DNA of 64,000 nucleotides from Eledone cirrhosa (Eukaryota): positions 23,064,001 through 23,128,000 of the forward strand of contig OZ024749.1 of the NCBI GenBank assembly GCA_964016885.1. Direction: 5' to 3'. Below are positions 1-11,886 of the stretch, one piece after another. Below the pieces are notes generated by a model. The model worked only from the letters and a program-made list of their open reading frames with translations, was not told the origin of the DNA and did no database searches. Within the stretch, counting starts at the first letter, position 1. Each line of letters opens with the position of its first letter. A program made the position numbers and the translations under genes.

Positions 1-864
1 TGTGTATGTGCATATGCATACATTTATATGTATGAGTATATAAATATTAACGTGCAAACACAGACATACTTACAAAACACACACTCACAGACATACATTC
101 ACACAAAAACAAATATATTTACACAAACACTCACATACACATACACTCACACACAGCGTAGTAAATGAAACACCAGCTGCTGTTTTGCTATACTTTTTCA
201 CCATCCCCTTCCTTCCTTTTACACACACATACTTTCACACAGACACACACATTGTGTGACGGACGGGCGGAAGTTAGTCAAATTTATATATACATTTTTA
301 TATCTGTGTGTATGCAGTTTGTAGTACTTATATTGTCTCTCTGTCTTATATTCACCTGCATTATGTCTGTGTCTATAAAGTGATTAAGAGTGGCCAATGG
401 TGACTTCTTTTTCCATCTTTAAAGGTCTTCATTCTATTTTATAAGATTTTGTTATATCATCTCCGGGCATGAGCACAGCGTTCTTTATATTAACATCATT
501 ATAAGTCATTTCTGTATGTATTATATACATTTGGATATTTCTGGTGTGTTAACAGCACATTACATAATTTATATGTATGAAATGTCTAGTATAAGTATAT
601 TCTCTGTGTTGTGTGTACACATATCTATATTTCTATTGTATAGCAGTACCCTACGTAATAAATATGCGTGTATGAAGTATCTAGTATGAGTATATTCTCT
701 ATGTTGTTATATATTCATGTATATTTGTATTGTATTAGCAGCACTCTACATAATATATATGATTGTACGCAGTGACTAATATAAGAATTCCTTCTCGGTT
801 GTATTTCCATCAAGTCATGTGGTTTCAGTAATGTGGTTGTCTATGGTATATATCTCATGTCCAT

Positions 865-1775
865 AACGAGAGTGCTGGATTAGTCGAATTGTTAGTGTTA
901 TGGGTTCAAATCAGGCCGAGATGAACTTTGCTTTTCTTCCTTCCAAGGTCTATAAATGAAAGTACCAGTCAAGTACTGGGGTCGATATAACAGACATTCC
1001 GTTTCCTCTAAATTGCAGGTATTGGGCCTAAATTAAAGAGCACTTGCCTTTCATACTTACATGGCCGCTAAAATAAAGTACCAGACACACACTGGGTCGA
1101 TTTAATCGGCTTATCCCTTTCCCTTAAAATTACTGGCTTTGTGCTATATGTAGAAACTATTGTTATACCCATAATTGCGGGTATAGGTAGAGCGTCGGAC
1201 AACATGCTTCGCGGCATATAGTTTTGTCCCTTTACGTTCTGAGATCAATTCACGGTGAGGTTAGCTTAGGTTTACATCCTAACGTCGTCGATAAAATAAA
1301 GTACCAGTAATGCACTCGAGTAGATTGAATCGACTTTCCCATTCTCCAAAATTGTTGGCGTTGTGCCTAAGTTAGAAACCATATATATATCTACCTTTCT
1401 TAGTCTGTTTTATTTATTTTGGAATTATTATTTTTTTTTATCACATTAATATTTGTATTTGGATTTAGGGTATCTGAACGTGTTTTGTGACATCTAGCTA
1501 CAACCCTTCATGTTCTGTGTTCAAATCTCACCGTGGTCAAATTTACCGTTCATCTATCAGGCTTCGATAAAATAAAATACCAGTAAAAAACTACGGTTCA
1601 ATATAATGTTTTCAGGCATCTGATTACAACCCTTTACGATATGTGTTCAAATTTCACCCAGGTCAAATTTACCGTTCATCTATCAGGCATTGATAAAATA
1701 AAATACCAGTAAAATACTAGGGTTCAATTCAATCAGTTTTCTCGTTACCATAAGTTGTTAGACTGGTGCCAACAA
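865..1775 (+). mobile_element. Cluster of about 5 degraded tRNA-derived SINE copies (Nin-domain-like core)
   Basis: Recurrent B-box-like GTTCAAAT followed by TTTGC(C)TTTCATCC...GTCGATAAAATAAAGTACCAG...TACTGGGGTCGAT...TTGTGCC. Boundaries are approximate. Confidence 0.75.
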
Positions 1776-2699
1776 CAACAAAACATTGATTAATTTTTTG
1801 TGTGTATGGAGTAATATTTTGAAGCATTTTGCTGTTCCTGTTTTGGCAATATTTCCACATTTTCCCAAGAAGTTGATACCAAGATTAAAAAGTGTAACCT
1901 GAGTCGGTCTGCTTATGTTTTTATGGAAGACCAACGAAATTCATCGTTCTGTGTCAACACCATAAGTATACTTACTATAAACGAGAGTCTGCTTAACATA
2001 TTTATGCAATTTTATTGTTCCATATTCGGCATGGAATTGATGCCATTTATTATTAAATAAATATATTTTTTCTTTCTACTTCTTTCTACTTATTTCTTTC
2101 TACTTATTTCTATCTCCATAAATTTTCGCACACTATACGATTTTTATTTGTAAATGTTACTCTTTTTTTGCCTAATATATCCTGTTACTGTACTTATTTG
2201 ACGTGTGACCATGATTTTTTTCTAGCTATAATAACTCGTATATTTATCCTACAGTATGTGTTAATCTTTTTGCTCAACAACTGTGTATCTATGTGTCTGT
2301 GTATATAGGTGAAGCACATTTCTTTTAAAGAACGTATTAGTGAAGAAAAAAAAAAGAAAAAGAAACCAGATAAGGATTGTGTTATAGTAATATATTTTTA
2401 TGAAACTTTCTTCATGTTTCCTTAATGAAGCTTAACATTTTTTTTTTAATTTCAGAACAATAAATTTCTAGACATATTCATTCTTTATTTTTATCGTTTT
2501 ACTTTATTTATCTCTTGTTTCACGTGGTTGTTAGTAGGTCTTCGTATTTTCTTGTGTCTATTTGATCGCAGGTAATAATTATGTCCATGTTACTCTCTGC
2601 TAATTAGAATACCGTTATAATCTGATTTGAAATACCTTTATTATTTTCTTTACGTTTCTTTCAGTAATTACTGAAAAGTTCTAAAGTATTTTGTTTTTA

Positions 2700-2865
2700 C
2701 TAGGCAGCTAATCGACAAAGTCCATAGAACGTCGAAGAGAATGGTTTGCGGTAATAATTCCGGCACACTATGTCCAGAGTTCGAATCACAACAAGCTTAA
2801 CTTTGCTTTTCATCGTTTCATTGTCGATAAATAAGTTATCAGTACAGAATTCGGTTCGATTATTC
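2700..2865 (+). mobile_element. SINE copy (same family)
   Basis: GAGTTCGAATC B-box followed by CTTTGCTTTTCATCG...GTCGATAAATAAG. Confidence 0.65.
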
Positions 2866-3059
2866 CATTATTCCTAACTTTCTTCGCACCCTTCTCTCTG
2901 TTTTTCTCTATATACATTTCTCTCTCTCTCCCTCCCTCTCTCTCTTTTTCTCTCTCTCTCTATCTCTTTTTCTTCTTCTTCGTCTTCTTGCGTTGGCGCG
3001 ACCCCAGCATGGCCGCCGTTGTCCGAAATAACTAACTGATAATAAAATATCATCAAAGT

Positions 3060-3320
3060 GATCTCTCCATCTGTCAACTATTTGCCATCTTTCGATCTCA
3101 AAGGGCCATACTCTTCTCTGAGTATATAGTGCAGCAGTTCCACATTGCTGATATAAGATGCTGCTTCAACTTCATCTGTTTTGTTGCTCCACCAGGTATT
3201 TTGCATGGCCCTGAGTTTCACCTGTAACTCCTTCTTTACCTGCCTGTAACGCTTATAATTGTCAACAACAGAGCTACTACCTTTAAGAACTGCATCGAGT
3301 GCCTTTTGTTTTGAGATATG
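3060..3320 (-). mobile_element. RTE/BovB-like LINE fragment (region between APE and RT)
   Basis: Translation KLRAMQNTWWSNKTDEVEAAS...ILREEYGPLRSKDG resembles the RTE motif LRxMQxxWxxxKAxEIQ...LKxVYGP..L.S.DG. Confidence 0.65.
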
Positions 3321-4188
3321 GAAAATGATACTTGCCCGAAACAACACACAGATAAATTGATCCAGATAACTAAAGTGTAATAAGTTAACTTCTTAAACAT
3401 TGGTGTGTACTGAGTACACTGCAATGTCAGGTCATGCTGACAGGCTTACCAACGGTTTCCGTCTACCAATTCAATTCACTTGGCAAAGGGTCGAGGTGAT
3501 GCTATAGAAAATTACGCTTGTCAAAGATGCAACAAAGAAGAATTGAAACCGCATACACATATTTTCCTAAGTTAACTTATAAGCCATGAATTCATACTGT
3601 GTACACTGCAATGTCGGGCCAAGCTGACGGAAGCCATGAGTTCATACTTCCTACACTGCAATGCCAGGTCCAACTTACAAGCGCTTTCCGTCTACCAATT
3701 CAATTCACATGGCACGCTATAGAAAATTACACTTGCCCAAGAAGGACAAAGAATTGAAACAGCTTACTAATATTTTGCTTAGTTAACTTCTAAACTATTA
3801 GTTCATACAATGTACACAGAAATATATATCTCGCATGTTAAATGACATTTCCTGTGTAACCTTCAGTCATATGATATAACATCTCTGCTAACATTTATTT
3901 TATAATAGTCTATGTGTTTATATATTTATATCTCTATATATATTGTCATGTGAAATCTATGAGCTTTTCAGAAGTTGTAAGTGTATCACACATGGTATGT
4001 GTTATATGTCATATCGCTATATGATTACTTGGATAACATATATGGCGTGTATTTATGTATATATGTATGTATGTGTGTGTGTATATATGTATATATGTAT
4101 ACATGTATGTATGTATGTAGATAAATATATATGTGTGTGTGTGTGTGTATACTTATATATGTGTATATTTATATATATATATATATAT

Positions 4189-4966
4189 ATATAATAAATA
4201 AATAACAAAGAACGCTTATAGCATATGCATATCTTTACTTGCTAACATTGTTTCATCCACACTATAAGTGGGACTTATCAGAGCATAAAGGTTAAATTAC
4301 ATACCATACAAGCAATAACAAATCCAAGACATTGAAGAATGAAAGGTAATAATAGACGATAGAGGATAAGAATAAAAAGTAAATAAAAATAAAAGTGAAA
4401 ATAAAAATAAAAATAAAAATAAGGGGTGCTATCTGTCACAGTTGGGCGGTGTGCTGTCAACATATAGTTACATACAAGCATACACATGGATAAGAGAACA
4501 GACAAGAGTAGACACATGGATAAGAGAACAGACAAGAGTAGATAAGATAATGGGATTAGGTAAGAGTAGGTAAAAAATAGGTAAAAAATAGGTAAAAAAC
4601 AGACTTATAATATATATAAAAAGAAATACAAAGAAATACATAACAAACTTACATATAAAATATAAAATATAGGGTAAGGAATGAGATAAAATAATATACA
4701 ATTAAAAATTAAAAATTATATACATAGAACATAATATAGTATAATCGTAAAATAAGATAAAATAAGGTAAACTAAAATCAAATAACATAGACTAAATTAA
4801 AATTAAAATCAAATGTGTAATTATAATTATATGTATAATTAAATGTAATTAAATGTAATTAAATAAATAAATAAAGAAATAAATAAATAAAAATTAAAAA
4901 TTAAATAAATAAATAAAATTAAAATTTAAATTTTAAAATTTTAAAATTAAAATCTAAATTTAAATA

Positions 4967-5001
<35 letters not shown>

Positions 5002-6241
5002 ATGGAGTCAAGTAAGTAAATAAATAAAATTAGATAACATGAAATGAAATAAAATAAAATGAAATAAAGTAAATTGAGATAAGATATATATTTTTTTAGA
5101 ATATATCTCTTGAATATATCAGGGGCCCACGAAGGCACTAAATGTCACAGTTATGTGTATCACTTGACCAATTTTTCAAAATACATTTCTTGAAAACATC
5201 AGGGGCCCACGAAGGCACTAAGTGTCACAGTCACCAGTATCACTTGACCATTGCAAGGCAATGGAGGCGTCCCAGGTTGGGCAGTCTCGAAAGTTCACTC
5301 GAAAGTCATGGGTGTGCATTCACACAGTTGAGCGGTGGGGTAATCACAAACCGGTTCACACACCAATTTTTTAAAAATATATATTTCTTGAGAACATCAG
5401 GGGCCCACGAAGGCGCTAAGTGTCACAGTCACCAGTATCACTCGAGCGGTGGGGTAATCACAAACCGGTTCAACACGGGCAGGAGTCAAATGGTCAGAAA
5501 GGTGCATCAAAGGAGTTAGAAGAATTCACATGCAAGCGTTAGGTTAAAGCAAGCAGGTACAGTTGTAGCGCATACAAAATACAAAATATAAAAGCCATTA
5601 AGTCACCGCATTGGGACATCACAAGATTGTACACATCAATATGTTCAGTACGTATATGCACGTATACACACCACATGCACATGCAGAGACGGTATACATA
5701 TATATATATATTTTTTTTTTATATATATACACACAGACACATATAACCACCTACACCCATACACATATAAATGTATACACGGGCACACACGCACACACAC
5801 ACAGCGTAGGATACCCGGGTCAAAGTCGATATTAAATACGATATTAAATATTAAACACCGAAATACCACATTAGATCAGACCCACCACCACAGGTAATAT
5901 ATTCAAACAAATACATACGATGAGATGTATTAAAATACAGTTGAAATCCTACGGAGATATTCATGTCTGCACGTGCCATTGACCGATTCGAGTGTACACA
6001 GACCGTTAGTAACTACGGAGGGCCATTGGGGCCAAAACGTTACTTTCGGGATCATAAAAACGATCGTGCTAGAAAGACTACAACCCCGGGTAAGAGTTCC
6101 CAGAGGTCAGCCTGTAGATCTTGAACCACATAATATGAGGGCAACACATATATGCGCCACGTATCCACTGCTTACGGCAGGATGGCTCGGGTCCGCCACA
6201 GTTACAGGCTAAATTTCTACTAAATTTCTACTAGTGCAGCC
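4189..6241 (-). repeat. Left arm of 2-kb inverted repeat
   Basis: Reverse complement of 8746-10810. Mirrored ORF pairs sum to 14999 (e.g. 4278..4535 / 10464..10721). Confidence 0.97.
4233..4290 (-). ncRNA. Type I hammerhead-like motif (CUGAUAA core variant), left arm copy
   Basis: Exact reverse complement of 10709-10766. Confidence 0.6.
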
Positions 6242-6243
6242 CA

Positions 6244-8417
6244 ATCGTTAGGGACTTTAGGGATAATAAATCCATTCTGGTCCCCTCTGACAAAACTAAA
6301 AACTTATATAGTATGGATTATAAAACCTATCGAGGCTTCATTTATAATGAACTACATAGGAACTACAAAAAAACAACGCAGAGTAATTTAGATAATATTA
6401 ATCTGGAGGGGTATAACATAGTGATAAAATTAGGTCTGGATAAACACACTCAGCCTTATTACCCCAGGCAGCCTAGATTCACCCTCAAGGACCACAAGGA
6501 AGATTTTATTAGCAGACCCTCGGTTAGGCTTATCTGCCCCTCCAAGTCTGACCTGGGGATTATTAGTAAGGGAATCTTGGATAGCGTTATTCCCCTGGTT
6601 AGAGAAAAAACTTTCCTTGAGCTTTGGGGTAACACTAGTGAGGTCATTACATGGTTCTCTACTGATTGTGGTCGTGACTCACTAAAATTCATCCAATTTG
6701 ATATTGATGCTTATTATACATCTATATCTCCTATTATCCTCAATAAGGCCCTCATCCTAGCCATGCGGAGGGGGGCAATTACTAGGCCACTGATAGATAT
6801 TGTTCTCGCTGCACGTAAAACCATTATCATGTTTGAGGATAATCTATGGACGAGAAAAAACACACCTGATAATTTTGACATCACTATGGGGTCGAGTGAC
6901 TCTGCTCAAGTCACTGACTTGGTTGGACTATACCTCCTCAATGAACTGCATAGTAACTTCCCTTTCCTTAGGGGTGGGTTGTACCGAGATGACGCCCTAC
7001 TCTCCATAGATACTAGTAAGTATAATATAGAGCGCATTAGGAAAAAGCTGCATAGCTTTTTTAAAACTTTTAACCTATCCATTACAATGGATGTAAATGA
7101 TAGAACTGTGAACTTCCTAGATGTTACACTGGACCTGGATAACCATACGTACACACCGTACCATAAGCCCAATGAATTGCTGACTTACGTGAATACCTAC
7201 TCCAACCACCCTAGGTCTGTCATCAGCGGTATACTGAAGGGCGTATCTAATAGAATAAGTTCACTCTCACATAGTGAGGAGGCGTTTGACTCGCAGGCTG
7301 ATTACTATAACGACGCCTTAGCTAGATCCGGCTTTAGGGACAAATTGTATTACACCCAGGGAAATAATGGTCCTAATAGTGGCTCTACCAGTGTTGTTAT
7401 AACACATAATATGTCCATTGGTAATTGAGGTGTCGCGAATGGGAGGGTTCTAAATGCCGGTGGAATGAAACAGCAGGGCACCATTAGTCTAAGTAATAAC
7501 AATAGAGGTGTCGTGAACGGGAGGTTTCTAGATGCCGGTGGAATGAACCAGCAGGGCACCATTGGTATAAGTAGTAGCAATGGTGGGCCTCGCAGCTCCC
7601 CGCATGGACTAGGTGAGCATAGGAACCGTAGAAATAATAATGCTAATAATACTGATGGAAATAGAAAGAATAAAAAGAATAGAAGAAGATTGAATACATA
7701 CTTCAACCCCCCTTTTAATTCTGAAGTGGCTACAAATATTCCTAGGGCCTTCTTCTCTGTGCTAGAACGGAACTTCCCTCCTGGTAATAGGTACCACTCT
7801 ATCCTCAATAAGAATGTTGTTAAACTTTCATATTCTACAACACAAAATCTAGCCTCTCATCTGGCCATTACTAATAATAAGAAAATAAAGGAAGGCCTGG
7901 ACAACCTAAGCCTAGGGGAAAACACGGTAGTGGATAGAGTGGGCAGTGACACTGGTGGTGATCTTTCTGAGAATAGCATCACCAGAGGTTGTAACTGTAG
8001 AAGGGCTTCGGGCTGCCCCCTGAATGGTTTCTGCCTTGTTAGAAACATAGTTTATGCGTGTGATGTGGTAACTACGGCGTCCACTATGACCTATATAGGA
8101 TCAACTTCCACCCCCTTTAAGACCAGGTTTAACTCTCATCAATGCACTTTTAGACATAATAAACTGAAGAACTCCACCTCCTTGGCAGCGTACGTCCATA
8201 ATTTAAAAAATGCACGGACACCTTACACACTTACTTGGCGGCAGGTTGCTAAGTCCCATCCATATACTCCTCATAGTAGAGTATGCAACCTGTGCCTTGC
8301 CGAATCCCACTCTATTATATTTGCTAAATGCCCTCTACTAAATAGAAAGTCTGAAATTTTTCCTCTTGCCCCCACCGAATATTAAGCTCTTTCTTCTACT
8401 TTAAACCTGTTAGCTAG
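6244..8417 (+). pseudogene. PLE (Naiad) reverse transcriptase-GIY-YIG endonuclease; 5' truncated, one in-frame TGA (7426-7428) and a probable 1-nt deletion at 8357-8361
   Basis: Motifs SDKTKNLY, TLKDHK..RLICPSKSDLG, QFDIDAYYTSI, MGSSDSAQVTDLVG, LYRDD, FLDVTL, FNPPF, CNCR..CPLNGFC, VYAC..YIGST, CNLCLAE. ORFs 6313..7428 and 7465..8385 share a frame. Confidence 0.92.
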
Positions 8418-8745
8418 CACGTCCTTATTTTTCCAGTTGGGCTGTCTTGTGTAACTGTCTCTGACTGTGTGTAACTGTCTCCTAATGTTGGTCGTCTATG
8501 TATACGAGTCTGTGAATGTATACGTATGCCTGTGGGAGGATATTGATCTTGATATTGGGGTGTGCAGGGGAGTGTATGTTAATAAGCACCCCTGTTTGGT
8601 ACAGTGGATGTAACCCATCCACGCTGGCCTACCCACCATTAGTGCATTGGTGGACCTATCCTGACGTATATCTTGTTGATTTGTACCTCTGTATGCGCAT
8701 GAGTTGTGATGTAATGTATTTATGTAAAGCGTGTACTGTGATTTA

Positions 8746-9997
8746 GGCTGCACTAGTAGAAATTTAGCCTGTAACTGTGGCGGACCCGAGCCATCCTGCC
8801 GTAAGCAGTGGATACGTGGCGCATATATGTGTTGCCCTTATATTCTGTGGTTCAAGATCTACAGGCTGACCTCTGGGAACTCTTACCCGGGGTTGTAGTC
8901 TTTCTAGCACGATCGGCCTTCCTTATATTGACGGTCGTTTTTATGATCCCGAAAGTAACGTTTTGGCCCCGATGGCCCTCCGTAGTTACTAACGGTCTGT
9001 GTACACTCGAATCGGTCAATGGCACGTGCAGACATGAATATCTCCGTAGGATTTCAACTGTATTTTAATACATCTCATTGTATGTATTTGTTTGAATATA
9101 TTACCTGTGGTGGTGGGTCTGATCTAATGTGGTATTTCGGTGTTTAATATTTAATATCGTATTTAATATCGACTTTGACCCGGGTATCCTACGCTGTGAG
9201 TGTGTGCGTGTGTGCCCGTGTATACATTTATATGTGTATGGGTGTAGGTGGTTATATGTGTCTGTGTGTATATATATAAAAAAATATATATATATATATA
9301 TGTATACCGTCTCTGCATGTGCATGTGGTGTGTATACGTGCATATACGTACTGAACATATTGATGTGTACAATCTTGTGATGTCCCAATGCGGTGACTTA
9401 ATGGCTTTTATATTTTGTATTTTGTATGCGCTACAACTGTACCTGCTTGCTTTAACCTAACGCTTGCATGTGAATTCTTCTAACTCCTTTGATGCACCTT
9501 TCTGACCAATTGACTCCTGCCCGTGTTGAACCGGTTTGTGATTACCCCACCGCTCGAGTGATACTGGTGACTGTGACACTTAGCGCCTTCGTGGGCCCCT
9601 GATGTTCTCAAGAAATATATATTTTTAAAAAATTGGTGTGTGAACCGGTTTGTGATTACCCCACCGCTCAACTGTGTGAATGCACACCCATGCCTTTCGA
9701 GTGAACTTTCGAGACTGCCCAACCTGGGACGCCTCCATTGCCTTGCAATGGTCAAGTGATACTGGTGACTGTGACACTTAGTGCCTTCGTGGGCCCCTGA
9801 TGTTTTCAAGAAATGTATTTTGAAAAATTGGTCAAGTGATACACATAACTGTGACATTTAGTGCCTTCGTGGGCCCCTGATATATTCAAGAGATATATTC
9901 TAAAAAAATATATATCTTATCTCAATTTACTTTATTTCATTTTATTTTATTTCATTTCATGTTATCTAATTTTATTTATTTACTTACTTGACTCCAT

Positions 9998-10032
<35 letters not shown>

Positions 10033-10810
10033 TATTTAAATTTAGATTTTAATTTTAAAATTTTAAAATTTAAATTTTAATTTTATTTATTTATTTAATT
10101 TTTAATTTTTATTTATTTATTTCTTTATTTATTTATTTAATTACATTTAATTACATTTAATTATACATATAATTATAATTACACATTTGATTTTAATTTT
10201 AATTTAGTCTATGTTATTTGATTTTAGTTTACCTTATTTTATCTTATTTTACGATTATACTATATTATGTTCTATGTATATAATTTTTAATTTTTAATTG
10301 TATATTATTTTATCTCATTCCTTACCCTATATTTTATATTTTATATGTAAGTTTGTTATGTATTTCTTTGTATTTCTTTTTATATATATTATAAGTCTGT
10401 TTTTTACCTATTTTTTACCTATTTTTTACCTACTCTTACCTAATCCCATTATCTTATCTACTCTTGTCTGTTCTCTTATCCATGTGTCTACTCTTGTCTG
10501 TTCTCTTATCCATGTGTATGCTTGTATGTAACTATATGTTGACAGCACACCGCCCAACTGTGACAGATAGCACCCCTTATTTTTATTTTTATTTTTATTT
10601 TCACTTTTATTTTTATTTACTTTTTATTCTTATCCTCTATCGTCTATTATTACCTTTCATTCTTCAATGTCTTGGATTTGTTATTGCTTGTATGGTATGT
10701 AATTTAACCTTTATGCTCTGATAAGTCCCACTTATAGTGTGGATGAAACAATGTTAGCAAGTAAAGATATGCATATGCTATAAGCGTTCTTTGTTATTTA
10801 TTTATTATAT
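8746..10810 (+). repeat. Right arm of 2-kb inverted repeat (PLE 3' UTR/pLTR)
   Basis: Mirror of 4189-6241 with a few substitutions, a ~22-bp indel near 8915-8936 and an ~11-bp duplication at the inner end of the left arm. Confidence 0.97.
10709..10766 (+). ncRNA. Type I hammerhead-like motif near the PLE 3' end (CUGAUAA core variant)
   Basis: cttta-tgct CTGATAA g-tcc-cac-ttata-gtg-t-gga-t GAAA caatg TT agca-ag-taaag. Stems I, II and III pair, but core G8 is A. Confidence 0.6.
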
Positions 10811-10897
10811 TACGGCTCTGTCCTCAGAGATTGAGCTAACCTCATACTGCCTGCTGGATAAGTGGAGTGTTATACACCCCTGATCCTTTCCCTAGCA

Positions 10898-10969
<72 letters not shown>

Positions 10970-11054
10970 CAAAGGGATTGTGGTAAGGAACCAGATGGAC
11001 CACAACGCACCAGAGTACTCAATACTTAGGGTAGTAGAGTTGGAAATGTGAAAA

Positions 11055-11160
11055 AGTATGACCCCGACGGCAGAGCTCAAGCCGTTTCGACGGCTATTTC
11101 TGGACTAAATTAGAATTGTTAGCCTGGTGAATAAATAGCCGAACTTGTCAAGGGAGTACT
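11055..11160 (-). ncRNA. Type I hammerhead ribozyme, U3-A8 variant (UUGACAA), GUC site
   Basis: agta-c-tccc TTGACAA g-tt-cggctattt...aaatagccg-t-c GAAA cggc-ttgagctct-gccg TC gggg-tca-tact. Confidence 0.75.
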
Positions 11161-11381
11161 TCCTTATATGGGAAGATTGTAGTTGTCAAGAGGATTGGTT
11201 AAAATTTGTTGTAAACACAAATAAGTCTATCTTTTAACCAATCCTCTTGACAACTACAATCTTCCCATATAAGGAAGTAACCCCTTTGACAAGTTCGGCT
11301 ATTTATTCACCAGGCTAAACATTCTAATTTAGTCCAGAAATAGCTGTCGAAACGGCTTGAGCTCTGCCGTCGGGGTCATAC
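11056..11381. repeat. ~150-bp-arm foldback element (PLE pLTR-like) in (TA)n
   Basis: 11056-11204 is the reverse complement of 11232-11381 with a 27-bp spacer. TA tracts at ~10900-10968 and ~11389-11417. Confidence 0.92.
11276..11381 (+). ncRNA. Type I hammerhead ribozyme, U3-A8 variant (second arm)
   Basis: cccct TTGACAA gttcggctattt...aaatagctgtc GAAA cggc...gccg TC gggg. Confidence 0.65.
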
Positions 11382-11386
11382 CTTTT

Positions 11387-11422
<36 letters not shown>

Positions 11423-11886
11423 TATATGCATATTTATGTGAATGCATATGTATATTGATATATATATATATTATATCTATATATAATTACATACATTTAC
11501 GCACACACACACACACATACACACACACACAAACAAACGCAAACGCGCACATACACACATATATATATATATACTTACTTATATGAAATTATATATATAC
11601 TCACACATAACATTATATATATATATATATATATATACAAGGAACTCAATTTTCTTTACATTTAATTTAACATATTCTATTATGTTTTGTAAGCTTTCAT
11701 TACAATATTCAGTAAGTAGTCATTTTGATGTAACGTCAATATTTGTGGTAAAGACTTTTAAGTTTAATTTCTTCCAAACTCATTTCACTTAACTCACTCT
11801 GGCTCAATCCAATAGTACATGGGGGAGAATTTGATGATGTTGTTGTAGCTGTTTAATCCCTCTACAGAGTTGGTCGGGTACAAACA

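Larger units (their letters stand above)
4189..10810 (+). mobile_element. Naiad-type Penelope-like retroelement, 5'-truncated, with a ~2.05-kb inverted copy of its 3' end
   Basis: RT and GIY-YIG coding region 6244-8417 lies between near-identical inverted arms 4189-6241 and 8746-10810. (TA)n lies on the left, and on the right after a further ~90 bp. Confidence 0.9.

Noticed and set aside
5142-5519. 125-aa ORF duplicated at 9480-9857
   Set aside because: Antisense to the PLE UTR and made of internal repeats; duplicated only because of the inverted arm
8915-9000. Hammerhead (GAAA gtaac...gttac TA)
   Set aside because: A stem III-like hairpin is present but I found no CUGANGA core or matching stem I
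4189-10810. DNA transposon or Polinton with long TIRs
   Set aside because: Encodes PLE RT and GIY-YIG with no transposase; the ORF is truncated at the arm junction; no TSD seen
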